Source of the DNA: Mobula hypostoma
Taxonomy: Eukaryota
Assembly (NCBI RefSeq): GCF_963921235.1
Contig: NC_086097.1
Coordinates: 117,802,001-117,866,000, forward strand
Length of the DNA: 64,000 nucleotides
Direction: 5' to 3'
Shown: one piece after another, positions 24,861-37,637 of the stretch
Layout: every line of letters begins with the position of its first letter
How positions within the stretch are numbered: position 1 is the first letter of the stretch
Notes under the pieces: model-generated
Seen by the model: only the letters and a program-made list of their open reading frames with translations
Database searches by the model: none
What the model was told of the DNA's origin: nothing
Translations under genes and position numbers: made by a program

Positions 24861-25467
24861 TTTGCCTCTTTACAGATCACAAGTGGAAGAATAAAGCATG
24901 AACTCACCACGCTGTTTCATATTGTAACTGAAAGTCCTTCACCTTTCAAAATATATTTAGTCTGCAGAGGTATGGGTCAGGTAAAGGGTAAAGAGACACA
25001 GTGTTTCTGAACCAGTTTTTAATGTTCTCGAGAACCTTTAATGAAATAATAGGTATTATTTCTGTCTTGCCGGTTTCACTCTCCTCGTCACGTGAAGCCG
25101 ACGGAGAATCCTTCAGGACTGGGTCAGTGATGTTTTCTGCTAGCAAAAGCACAGTTCTCAACAGCAGTGAAGCTAAGTTTGGCTGGCAGATAAGTGAGTA
25201 AGGTTTGTCATGTAGAGGAAGGACTAAATTGCCATCAGTGGGATGCTGTCATGCCTACTCAGAGAGCTAAAGCTGGATTTACACAGAATTGTACTCTGAA
25301 TCTGGAGATTAAAGGTAAGGGAACAGAAGCTGGCTGATCACAAAATCAGAATACTAGTCAGAATAGACTGACCAGAAAATGATTGTATTTAGCCAACCAC
25401 TACTTTCTTGATCTCACATTGGCTCTCTCAGAGGGCCATAATTCACATTTCGTAACAAATTCAGAGA

Positions 25468-25980
25468 ATTCAAATTCAAAGTAAATTTCATATCAAGCTA
25501 CATATATATACTACATTAAGATTAATTTTCTTGTAGGCATTCACAGTAGAACAAAGAAATACAATAAAACACACAAAGACTGACGAACAACCACTGAGAA
25601 TAAAAGAGGGCAATCTGTACAATAGTTAGTAAATAATAAATAGATAGATAGATTAGGAAGATAGATAAGTAAGCAGATGATATTCACAAAATGAGTTGTA
25701 GAGACCTTGACAGTAAGTCCATAGGTTGTTAAATCAGTTCACTGTTGAGGTTATTTAGGTGATCCATGCTTACTCAGGAGATGATGATTGAAGGGTAATA
25801 ACTGTTCTTGATCCTGATGGTGTGGGACCTAAGGCTCTTGTGCCTTCTTCCCAATGCATCAGCAAAAAGACAGCATAGCCTGGATGGTGGGAATCCTTGA
25901 TAATGAATCCTGCTTTCTTATCGCAGAGCTCCTTGTTGGGGTGCTAAATGGCCGGGAGGATTTTTCCTGTGATGAACTTA
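25468..25980 (-). mobile_element. Rex/Babar- or L2-type LINE 3' fragment
   Basis: (ttcaaa)n tail; actgttcttgatcctgatggtgtgggacc resembles other Rex-type 3' ends in the window. Confidence 0.6.
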
Positions 25981-26509
25981 ACAGCAATGAATCAGAAAGC
26001 AATTGATTGTAATTGGAGATTATACTTGACATTGGATGTTCAGCTGCTGGATGTGCTCATATTGCTAACAGATTGTTAGGCTGCCCTTCTCAATTTCTTG
26101 GATCCCCCAAAGATACATGCCAAGCAAAAAGGCTAAATGAGTCAGGCGTGTACTCATATTTTATCATTCACTAGAAAATCCATGCTTTAGGTCTGGCCTC
26201 CAACAATTCAAGCCTGTGATCCACAGCTTTTGCATGGAGCATTAGATAGAGATTGAGAGTTTAATGGTTTTGGGTTTGTTGACCATAAAGTTGCAAACTC
26301 AAACAAAGACCAAGGAGGAGATACTTCCAGCGAACAAAAGGGTATAAACACCATTTTAATTATTTTCAGTGATATATGTTTAACTTCAATCAACATCTTA
26401 AAGCCCATTTAAAGCTCACAGAGGATTTCCATCTGGAAAAAAATACCTTTTGAAATTGTAAGCAATTTCTAAAACACAAAGGATTTCCAAAGCACAGGTA
26501 CAATTTAGG

Positions 26510-26790
26510 TTGACACAGTAGATTAGTGGTTATCACAACATTAAACAACATTGAAGGCAACCAGAGATGATTTCCTGCCACTGTCTGTATTGAGTTTGTG
26601 CTTTCTCCCTGTGACCACATTGATTTCCTCTGGATACTTCCCTCATTCCAAGGACCTACTGGCTGGTAGGTTAATTGGTCATTGAAAATTGTCCTGTGAT
26701 TCAGCTAGGGTTAAATCAGGTACTGCTGAGCAGCATGGCTTGAAGGGTGGGAGGGACCTATTCCTCACAGTATCTCAACAAATCAATAAA
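26510..26790 (+). mobile_element. V-domain SINE
   Basis: ctgtctgtattgagtttgtgctttctccctgtgaccac..ggtaggttaattggtcattgaaaattgtcctgtg. Confidence 0.7.
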
Positions 26791-28764
26791 TACATAAATA
26801 ACAATTTCTATAAGCTAAACCTACATACCCATGAGCTGAAGAAAAACCATGCATCTGTCGCAAAAATTGAAGGCAGAAGCATGAACTCTCATTCACCCCA
26901 TGTTTCTGTCATGTTTCTTGATGTTTTAGGTTCATTCCCAAAAAGCTTGAACTTTTCTCTTCATTTATTTATACTATTGCTCTGCCACTTGGATGACTTC
27001 ACACACGTGATATTTTTTGAGGTACCTTTTAACACAAATTTTCTAAACTCTTTTGGAGACAGAGATCTCAGGTACCCACAATTAATGCTGTGAAACAGAC
27101 TCTTATCTGAGTATATAAATGTTCCAACTAATAAATATATCAGTTATTATTATACTAAGTGATATTATCCATCCAGTTTGCAAACTTCTTTGAACTAAAC
27201 AGCTTAGCCAGTGTTGTCTGTTTGAAACAAGCCAAATTAAATAACCTATGTTCTTATACAGCAACTCTTCAGCAGCCTGGTGTTGTGGCTAGCATTCTAT
27301 GTTCCATTGGCAACACTTGTTTGTAAAGCTGTCTTTTTTTAACTTCAAACTGATTACAGATTTCCATTTACATTAAGAACCGAAGACTGGCTCCCGGTTA
27401 TGACTTACAGCTAAAAAAAAAGAATGCTGGTTAGAAGTGTAACTTATTCAAAAACAATCCTTTAATGTCTACAAGTGTCAGCTGCTGTGTTTAGATAGCT
27501 GAGTTTGGCAAAAAAGAAAGGACAAGGCCCCCTGGCCTAAAGACAGTGAATATCTGTCTCAAGAGCAGAAAAATAGGATTAATCCCAACATTTTTTAGCA
27601 AGAATGGTAGATTGGGCTGAATGGTCTTCTTTATAATTTAATAATCTCTTAGAAGTATCATTACCCACTTTAGGATGCATGAAGAACTGTGAACAATGCA
27701 TTAGCTGAACTTTTACCTATCTAATTTAACTTTCCAATGAGGTACTTGCTCATAACAGGGTAGCTGTGTTATAATTTGTTATCTGGATCATTAGCATATC
27801 AATAACGATGAGATGAAAGGTTAAGCATATTTCTGGAGTCCTTTGGTAATTGCCATTCATCCTGTAATATTGAAGAGAAGCTAGATTATCACCTGATTAT
27901 TTTTGGTGAATTCAGTGATGACAGTTGTGGACAATATCTATCTGGAACTGAGTAGTAAGATTGGTTCCTGGACACATAGATGGTGTATTTGACCTTTTCA
28001 CAGATGATGGATATATTTGACTTCAGCTTCACAGTAGAAACTGTCGGCTATCTTCCACTAGATTAAACCGCAAGCAGAACCTAAGTGTACAGATATAATT
28101 AACATCAGCTTCATACTACAAATTGTTTTCATGGATGTTTTAACTTCAACTGTGCTTTCATACCACAAGCAAGTTATTCCCATTTATAGATTGCAGTCTT
28201 GCACTGTTCCATAAAATAGCATAAGTAGTCTTAGTATTTCTTACAAAATTGCTTCTCTTCTCAGTTGCCATCTTTCAGCAGTGGTAAGCTGGAGACTGTC
28301 ATTCTTGATGCATTATCGAAACATTTACAGTGTGTCTGATTAATGACCCAATAGATACTTATGATTAGGATGCTGTGTGGAGTTCTGTCTCTATTCATAA
28401 GATATCACCAATTTACATTTTCGTTAATGTATCTCAGATCATTGAGTCCTTAACCCAAAATCACATGCTACAGCATTTTTGTGAGTTTGTCAACCATGAT
28501 TATCATAACCATTTAATCCTTATTTCCTGGCTCATTTCCATATCCCTTAAAATATTTCTCAATACATATCATCTGTTCTTTAAGTAACTTATCTTCTATT
28601 ACAGATGTTCCAGTATATTCACACAAATAATTTAATTGGATACATTTTTTCCCTTTAAATAGAAAGGTCTGTGGAGCAGGGAGGGTGATGTGAGTAGCGG
28701 GTGACGACTTATTTATCATCTACTATTCCCATTTGCTGAGGATCCTAGCTAAAAGTGACTTGTC

Positions 28765-29095
28765 ATAAGACTGTAAGACCGTAAGATAAAGGAGGAGAAT
28801 TAGGTCATTTGGCCCATCATGTCTTCTCCACCATTTCATCATGGCTGAACAATTTCCATCAGCCCAAATCTCCTGCTTTCTCCCTGAATCCCTTCTTGCC
28901 CCAACTAATCAAAAACCTATCAACCTTTGCCTTAGGTATACCCAATTACTTGGCCTAAGCAGCCACCTGAGGAAATGAATTACACAGATTCACCACTCTC
29001 TGGCTAAAGGAATTCCTCCTCATCTCTGTTCAAAATGGACATCCCTCTATTCTGAGCTTGTGTCATCTGGTCTTAACTTCCCCCACCATTGGAAA
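28765..29095 (-). mobile_element. CR1 3'UTR fragment
   Basis: cataagactgtaagaccgtaagata tail and CR1 3'UTR. Confidence 0.75.
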
Positions 29096-30375
29096 CCCTT
29101 AACAGATCAAGAGCAGATACCATTTCATTGGCTCTTCACTTAGCTCTGAAACATCTGGATAATGAAGATGCATACAGCAGGATGCTCTTCATTAACTACA
29201 GCTCAGAATTCAACACGATCATCCCCTTGAAACTAATCATTAAGCTCCAAGACCTAGGCCTTGATACCTCCTTCTGCAATTGGGTCCTAAATTTCCTCAC
29301 ATTCAGATGTCAGATTGACAACAGCATCTCCTCCACCAACACAACCAGCACAGTTACACCATACAGCTGTGTGCTTAGCCCATGCTCCAATAGCTATATA
29401 TAGTATGTACCTATGACTGTGTGGCTAACCACAGCTCCAAAGACATATTTAAGTTTGCTGATGACACCACAATTGTTGGTCGAATCAAAGGTGGTGATGA
29501 ATCAATAGGTAGGAGGGAGATTGAAAATCTAGTTGAATTATGCCACAACAACAACCTCTTACTCAAAGTCAGCAAAACCAAAATGCTGATAATTGCCTGC
29601 AGGAGAAAGAAACCAGTGGTCCATGAGCCAATCCTCAATAGGGGATCAGAGGTCGAGAAGCTCAGTAACTTTAATTATCGAAGGATCTGTCCTAGGACCA
29701 GCATACAATTGCCATCTCAAAGGAAGCATGAAAGCGCTTCCACTTTATTGGAAGTTTGCACAAATTCAGCATATTATTTAAAATTTTAACAAACTTCTAT
29801 AATTGCACAGTGGAGAAAACACTGACTGGTTGCATCACAGCCTGCTACAGAAACATCAATGTGCAGGAATGGAAAAGCCTGCAAAAGTGATGGATACATC
29901 CCCGATTATCACAGGAAAACCCCTCTCCACCATTGAGTACATCCACGAGGAGTGCTACCACAAGAAAGCAGCATCCATCATCAAGGGCCGCCACCGGCCA
30001 GACCATGCTCTCTTCTCACTACTGCCATCAGAAAAGAAGCCTTACGTCCTACACCACCAGGTTCAGGGCCCTCAACCATCCTGACCCAGCATGGATACCT
30101 TCACTCACCTCAACTCCAAACTGATTCCACAGCCTATACGCTCACTATCAAATACTCTATAATTCATGTTCCCAGTATTATTTATTTATCAAATTATTTA
30201 ATTATTTATGATTGGCACAGTTGGCATTATTTTGCACATTGGTTGTTTGTCAGCCTTTGTGTGCAATTTTCATTGATTCTATTGTATTTCTTTGATTTGC
30301 TGTGAATCCTTGTATATATATAGTGACATATACGTTACACACTCTGATAATAAATTTACTTTGAACTTTGAACTA
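29096..30375 (+). mobile_element. Rex1/Babar LINE RT 3' half
   Basis: [42 protein letters not shown]; tail aataaatttactttgaactttgaact. Confidence 0.85.
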
Positions 30376-30955
30376 ACTCTAATACCCCTTTCTTCTGAAC
30401 CCATACCACTCCAAGTTTGACATTATTGTAAATGTCTGAAATGATTTTCACTTTGCAGTGAATTTCCCCCGTGATCAGCAGTTACTGCTTGCTTAATGAG
30501 GCTTATTAGGCATTGTCTGTACAGGCAAACATCATGTTATAGGAATCGATGACTAGTGGTGATGCATTCCTATAATTTTATGTATGAATCTATTTATTTA
30601 TTTAGAGATACAGTGCAGAATAGACACTTGCAGCTCTTTCAGCTGCACATCCCACCTTTGATTGACCAACAACAGTGGTGTAATCTGGAAGCTTAAATAT
30701 GGCATTGGAGATGTACTTAGCCACACAGTCATAGGTACATACTGTATATAGCTCTTTGAGCAAGAGCTAAGCACAATTCATCATGAGAAAGTGGCAAGGT
30801 GCTCAGGTAATGGTAGAAATTATATTTTCCTATAAGTTAGGATAAAATAGGTAACATCTTGTTACTTTCACAGCCTCTCCCTTCCCAAACCTGTCCAATG
30901 TTACTTCACGCTTAAGCTTTAGTTTCTGCGAAATGATGGCTGAATAAGTTGAATA

Positions 30956-31606
30956 GGGAGGGAGGAGAAGATGGTGGCGCGACGCAGCGCGCGCGGCCGT
31001 TCTGAATGATATCGATATGTGTTAAATAGGGACCATGCGCAAACCTGATTTGATGGAGACAGCCGTGAGAAGCACGGAGGATCACCTGGAGAAACTTCTG
31101 AAATGCCCGGTTCGCTGCCGCTGCTACTGTGCGATTGAGAATCTCTGGAGGGGAAGGCCACAAATTCTCAGCTTTGCCTATTGCCTGTACTCGGGGTCGG
31201 GGTCAAAGCGCTCGGCAGAGATGGTGCTCGGTGCTCAGTGTCAGAGAGCTGGTTGGAGGCTTGGAGATTTTGGACGGACTCGGAGTCAGACTGTGGTTGG
31301 ATGCTTCCAGGATGCTGCATCGGCAAGTTTGCGGTGCTGGAGGTTCACCGTCTGTGTGAGATGATGGGACTTTTGGGAGACTTTGAGACTTTTTACCGTG
31401 CCATGGTCTGTTCTTTATCAAATTGCAGTATTGCTTTGCACTGTTGTAACTATATGTTATAATTATGTGGTTTTTGTCAGTTTTTCAGTCGGTTTGTCAT
31501 GTGTTTATGTGATATCATTCTGGAGAAACATTGCATCATTTCTTAACGCATACATTACTAAACAACAATAAAAGAGGACTGCGTGTCCTCATAATCTAAT
31601 CTAATC
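30956..31606 (+). mobile_element. Non-coding non-autonomous retroelement (LINE-like 5' end and 3' stem-loop), apparently complete
   Basis: CpG-rich 5' ggaggagaagatggtggcgcgacg; 3' aataaaa-GAGGAC tgcgt GTCCTC-(ataatctaatctaatc); second copy at 63692-64000. Confidence 0.8.
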
Positions 31607-31867
31607 ATGTTCCAAGGCTCTTTTCTCCTTTAGCAAACACCAAAAACTGGTTCCGACGATTCACAGAGTTCGATTCAACTCAGATATTTTGTCTTCATAA
31701 CTTCATGATCTGGACCAAAACAGAATCTGAATCAGTTCTGTTTTCACTGATAAATGTTGTAAAATTTGCTGGTTTTCGGCAGCGATAGACTTTTAAAAAT
31801 TGCTATAAGTTACAAAAAATATGTAACTATATAGTGAATAGTATGGTCGCAATCATGAGTTCATGAC

Positions 31868-32646
31868 TGTTACCTGTCCCATGAGTATCTCTTGAATATG
31901 AAGTAATTGTCTTATGCTATTGAAATGATGTAATGGTCTCGTGCCCTTGGAATAATGTAATTGTCTTGTGATAGTGGGGTGATGTTATGTCACATGATGG
32001 TATGTTCCAACTGGTATATAAGGGGAAACCGCAGTTGTTGCGTAGTTCGTTTTGTTGGGAGTCCACCCTTGGTAGTTACGCCATCAGAGAAGAAGAAAGA
32101 GTGAGAATGAAGAATCCCCAGCTCCGAACGAACCCCAAAAGGATTGGGGTTAACCAGTGGCATTCGGTGCATTACGAGTGTGACTGACATTTGGAACCGT
32201 CCGTACGTGGCACGCATGTTTTGTTAACCCTGACACGGTTTGGGTTGTGCAATGATTACTTTGTTAAAAAGTCAGTTACTCTGAGAAATCATATTCTGTG
32301 TCATAACTTCGGAGAAGGCACTTCAGCTGGGAGCTGCGTCAGCAGTGACGTCTTTACTTCGGGGACTGTCCCAAAGCTGGTTTGAGAAGTCTCTCCTCTC
32401 GAATATTTCAGAAATCATTTGACTTATTAAATTACCAACTTAAGACTGTGTTTCAATAAGATCTGTTAAGAATTGACTTTAAGTTCGCTTGTTTGATAAC
32501 TATAGAAGCATACCGCTGTTAACATCCGTTGAAGTTAGTCACTCGTTTACTGTTCCATGTTTATTTGAGTAGAGGTTAATAAATGTCGTTGTTTGTTTTA
32601 TAAAAACTCGACTCAAGTTCATCTCTGTTGCTGCTGGTTTATAACA
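31868..32646 (+). mobile_element. Solo LTR, 779 bp
   Basis: TGTTA...TAACA termini; perfect 5-bp TSD atgac (31863-31867 / 32647-32651); tatataa at about 32015; aataaa at about 32578. Confidence 0.92.
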
Positions 32647-32909
32647 ATGACCCATTCAGAAATCTGATGTCAGAGGGAAGAAGCTATCCTTAAAATGTTG
32701 AGCAAAATGTTGAATGGTCTTCTTTACCTCTTCCCCACTGGTAGTATTGAGAAGATGGCATGTGCTGGATGGTGATGGTCCTTAATGACGGATGCCATAT
32801 TTTTGAGACACCACCTTGATGGTGGGATAGGTGGTGTCTGTGATGGAGCTGACTGTGTCTACAACCCTCTGCAGCCTCTTATGATCCTGTGCACTGGAGC
32901 TCCAGACCA

Positions 32910-33746
32910 AGGATTCAAAGAACACTTATTATCAAAGTAAGTGTGTAGTGTACAACCCTGAGATTTGTCATCCCGCAGGCAGCCACAATACAAAGGAGCA
33001 CTATGGAGCCCAGTCAAAGGAAACATCAAACATCCAACGCATGAAAAAAAGAACGTATCACGCAAACAGCAAGAAGCGAGCAAATAATGGTCAGAATATT
33101 AAAGATCAAATTGCAGAGACTCAAAGCGGCAGTGTTCGGTTCAGTTTAGTTCAGTCTAGTACTGTGTCATTTGTTAACTACAGGCTGCAGAGCCATTCTG
33201 CACCAATGCGCCCCAACCTAATTGCACAAAGTAGTAAAAAATGAGTAACCAGAATCCAGAAACACATGGAGCATGAACCACTGAGTCCTCCAAAAATGAA
33301 TCCACAGCCATGAGCCATGCCGAGCAAGCCTTGCAGTGTAGGATCCAAGGCTCCTGCACCTTCCTCCAGCAGTTCCAAGCAGGAGGGAGAGGGAGACCGG
33401 GCAAATACAGGCAGACGGCACTGAACACTCAGTCATCCTCATAGAATCCAGTTATTATCAATGTTTTAATCGGTGGAAAGTAATGGAGATGTTCATGGGT
33501 TCGTGCTGCACCTTTAGGTCGTACACTCCACTCTCAACCTCGCCAAATTCCTCCAGACACAGCGAAAGAAACCGATGGCTCAGCCAGCCCAGAAGCACAT
33601 ATTCAAAATATAAATTACAGGCTCCAATCGCATGCTGTTTAGTGGTAGTAGCATATTTAAAAGGAGGAGGCGAAGAAAAAGAAGTAGTTTCAAGAACTGT
33701 GTGCAGGACGTCACTGTTATTTGCCTTGGTCACAGGCCCCATCTTG
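32910..33746 (-). mobile_element. Non-autonomous retroelement (family also at 42303-45578 and 60600-60768)
   Basis: Shares tacaaccctgagatt..cgcaggcagccaca and gttcagtttagttcag with 42350-42600; 5' end caagatgg on minus. Confidence 0.7.
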
Positions 33747-34627
33747 ATTAGTGCAATAATGTTACAGACGGTGATGCTGCTAGTCAGAATGTTGTCCGCT
33801 GCACATCTGTAGAAATTTGAGTCTTTGAATCTCCTCTAACTTCTAATGAAGTATAGCCACTGATGTTCCTTCTTCATGACAGCTTTTTAGAATTTCTGGG
33901 TTCACCCTTCACTTCTGGGTGCCTCAAATTTTCACAAAATTATATGAGCATGACTTCCATTTCCATAATTACAATTTCCCCACTGGATCAACACTGGATG
34001 AATTCCTCCAACGATAACTATTGGGAACTAATACCCAGTTTTATAATACTGTAGTAGTATTAGTAGTGTTCTAATTTGTGCAGTATTTCATTTAACAACA
34101 TAACTTGTTACTCAGTTTAATGTTAGCTTGTCTTTTTTATACCTTTTTAATGATTTCCTTTAAACTTCTGTTAATTAGGGCAGCTGCTTAATTGGGCCAA
34201 AATATGTTGGTCCCAATGTGTCTCAATTAATGGGAATCCATATAGATTTCATAACATTTATCAGTGATATTAAACATGAACTGATTCTTTTCCTCATTAG
34301 TTATGTAATACTTACTAACATCACGTTGTTTGATTCTGTTCCAAATCCAATATACTCTGGGAGATCATTTTTAGCAACATGTAGACTTTCAGTGGGAATG
34401 ATGGAAAGCTCTATAATTCAATACTAAAGTCTGGGGTCAAGTTGTCAGTGTATGTACTTGAGTATCAACACAATAGCAGGATTCACTTCTAAATTAGTTC
34501 AACAAATAGCACTCACATAGACTTGAAAAATTATTTAGGTGAAATATTAAAGGCTATTGGCCAGATGAAATTGGTGACCTAATAGTCAATAAATATATCT
34601 ACTTTCATGTATTGAGACACAAGAATA

Positions 34628-35400
34628 GGGCAGCACTGTAGTGTAGTGGTTACAACAATGCTTTACAATACCACTGATCCGCATTCATTACCTGCCACTG
34701 TCTGTAAGGGGTTTGTACGTTCTCCCTGTCACCATGTGAGTTTCTTTCCAAATGCTCTGGTTTCCTAAAGACATAGCAGTTGGTAGGATAAATTGTCTTT
34801 GTAAATTGGCCCATGATTAGGCGAAGGTTGAATCAGGGGTTGCTGGGCAGCATGGTTTGAAGTGCCTTCTCCGCACTACTTCTCAATAAAATAGAAAGAT
34901 TACATCAGAAAATTGAAATAAAATTAGGAAGGTACTTCCACCATGGATGCTTCTAAATCACTCTTAAATGTGTTCATAGGTACCTGTACAAATCTTTCAT
35001 CGAGCTACATTGGACAAGATAAAACAAAATATAGAATTTTGTTAATGCAGTTGGGATGATATACTAATAGCTTTAACTTAGAGTGGGATAGCAGCTAGTG
35101 TAATGCCCTTACAGAACCAGCAGCACTCAGTGTTTGGTACAAATGTAACAAATGGGGTGTCATGGTAGCGGAGAAGTTATCTTAATGCTATCGCAGTGCC
35201 AGGGCCATGGGATCAATTCCTCTGCTGTCTGTAAGAAGTTTGGACGTTCTACCTGTGACTGTGTGGGTTTCTTCTGGGTGCACCAGTTTCCTCCCACATT
35301 AACCTACAATAGGTAGGCTAATTAGTCAATCGGAGTAATTGTGCAGCGTGGTCTCATTGGGTCAAAATGACCTGTTATCCTGCTGCATCTGTAAATAAAG
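34628..35400 (+). mobile_element. Cluster of V-domain SINEs (about 34628-34890 and 35150-35400)
   Basis: tRNA-like heads followed by ctgtctgtaagg..tttgtacgttctccctgt.. V-domain. Confidence 0.75.
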
Positions 35401-37034
35401 TGAACGTTCACCCAAATGCCAAAGAATTACATTGTGTGTGAAAACAATGTAAAACTCAGAAAATAACAAGCGTGCATTCATATGGAAAGAAATAGTTTAT
35501 CTTGGAGATGCTAATACAAACGTAGATTTTAATCAGTCTAAGCAAAAATAATTGTGAAGACAAGTAAACCTGGAAACATTGCAGAACTTTTGAAGTTTCC
35601 AATACATGGTGCAAATCTTGCAAAAGGATTGATACCATTTCATTGGAGACTGAAGAAAGAAGATTGTGGTCACAAAACAAATCTGATATTTGCAAATAGA
35701 AAAGGCAGTGATAGTTCAACTATGAAAAGAGATAACTTATGAAAGTAGCAGATTGAGTTAGAAGAGTCTGTATAGATTGCTTAATTCCTGTAAGATATGT
35801 ACAGGCCAATACTGGAAAATTACATCATGAAGAGAGCATTCCAAAAGTGAATGGAGTGAAGGCTGTGCACGAAGGATGTGTGATCCTGGTGAACTGAATC
35901 GTAAAGTGACACCTTGCTTAAATCAACAAGTGGATATAACATGAATGACCCAAGTTCTTTGAGAAAATCAAAGAGACTCTGTAAGCTATGAATATATTAA
36001 AATTTGTAACTATGTACTATAATGTGAATCTCTTATGAAGAAAGGGAAAGTAATGTTGTGTATGTAAATATGTGATGCTTATTTATAATGTAATAGCACA
36101 CTGTAATTAGTTTATTAAAATGTTGCATGTGTGCCACTTTATCCATAAGTTTGTGTTTCTCTATAGTGTAGTCCCTACATTGCCAATGGTTAGAACAGTG
36201 AATGTGTGCATTTGCAAGTACATCACACAAATTGATCGCTGTTAATTACATGCAGTGAGAATTGCACTGTAGAGCAGAGAATGGCAAGGTACAGTGGGAA
36301 ATGGGTAGATTATTATACACTATTTCATGAATTAATGTACATAGAAGGCAATTCCAACATGTGTTTGGAGTAGAAACGGCAAAAACACCTGAATATTTTC
36401 AATAGTGTTGTCTGCAAATTTGGACAGAAAGTTTGTTTTAAAGAATTTTCTATAAAACTACCGATCCTTATCTTGAACTGTAAAAAGGATAAGGAACAAT
36501 AATAATAACTGTGAGCTGAGTAACTGCTAGAGATGATTGTTCTACCATAAAGCTTGCTGATTTTATTTTAATTAAAATAATGATGTTGTCAATGAAGTAA
36601 CATTCAGAAAACTATGCTAACAATTAATCACTCACCTTTAATTCACAAAGGAAGCCAGGCATTCTGAATTTTATTGCCATTTGTCATTTTTAACTTAACG
36701 TTACCAATTGTGAATGACAGTGCAGTACCAAAGTTGACAGAAGTTGCTGACGAACTGTCAGTGATGTTCAATAAAGGACTTTTTAGTCATTACTCAAAGG
36801 TTTCATTCACACTCCACCACCTGTTCTCACCTGACCTCTGCAAGCATCCTTCACCATGTCTCTGCAATTATACCATTGAAAAAATGCCACTCTAGCCCTC
36901 AGCCCTCTGCTGCTATATCAGTGCTCAATCCTTCCTGATATTCCTTGTTTTTCCAAGTTATTCCAAGCCATGGCAAACCATTATAACATGAAAATCTTTG
37001 CGTATTCTTATACAAAAGGAACATTTGGGTATTT

Positions 37035-37460
37035 CATAAGACCATAAGACATAGCATCCATTCAGCCCATTGAGTCTGCTCTGCTATTCCATGATGGCTG
37101 CTTTATTATCCTTCTCGACCCCATTCGCCTACCTTCTCCCCGTAACCTTAGACACCCCGACTAATTAAGAACTTTACAATCTTTGTCTTAAATATTCCCA
37201 AACATTTGGCCTGCAAACTAACCTTTCGGGAATCTTGCATGTGGACTCCAAGGTCCCACTACACCTCTGATTTTTGAATTTTCTTCCCATTTAGAAGATA
37301 GTCCAGCCTTTATTCCTTGCATGATAATGCATTTCCCTACACTATGTTCCATCTGCCACTTTGCCCATTCCTCCAATCTATCTAAGTCCTTCTGCAGACA
37401 CCCTGCTTCCTCAATACCACCTATTTTCATATCATCCACAAACCTGGCTATAAAACTTGT
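37035..37460 (-). mobile_element. CR1 fragment
   Basis: cataagaccataagac tail; RFVDDMKIGG..LQKDLDRLEEWAKWQM. Confidence 0.8.
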
Positions 37461-37637
37461 CATGTTGTGACAATCTTCATCTACTCATGGCCAGAACTGT
37501 TATATCCCATGACAGAATTTGGTTAATCTATATGGTGGCACCTTTTAGCAATTCTAAGCTATGCACTGCTCAGATATTCAGTCCCTTGGCAACTTTCAGC
37601 TATTCATGCCAAACCTCCACAACTTGAAATATCAATG

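Larger units (their letters stand above)
31740..33870 (-). mobile_element. Rex/Babar-type 3' fragment hosting two insertions
   Basis: ccattcagaaatctgatgtcagagggaagaagct.. and cagacggtgatgctgctagtcagaatg.. resemble the family at 55760-57535. Confidence 0.65.

Noticed and set aside
26829..27087. Selenoprotein-like TGA readthrough
   Set aside because: No SECIS or selenoprotein motif seen; two TGAs are unremarkable in non-coding DNA.
35554..35742. 62-aa ORF in unique sequence
   Set aside because: No ATG start, splice signals or recognisable domain; expected by chance.
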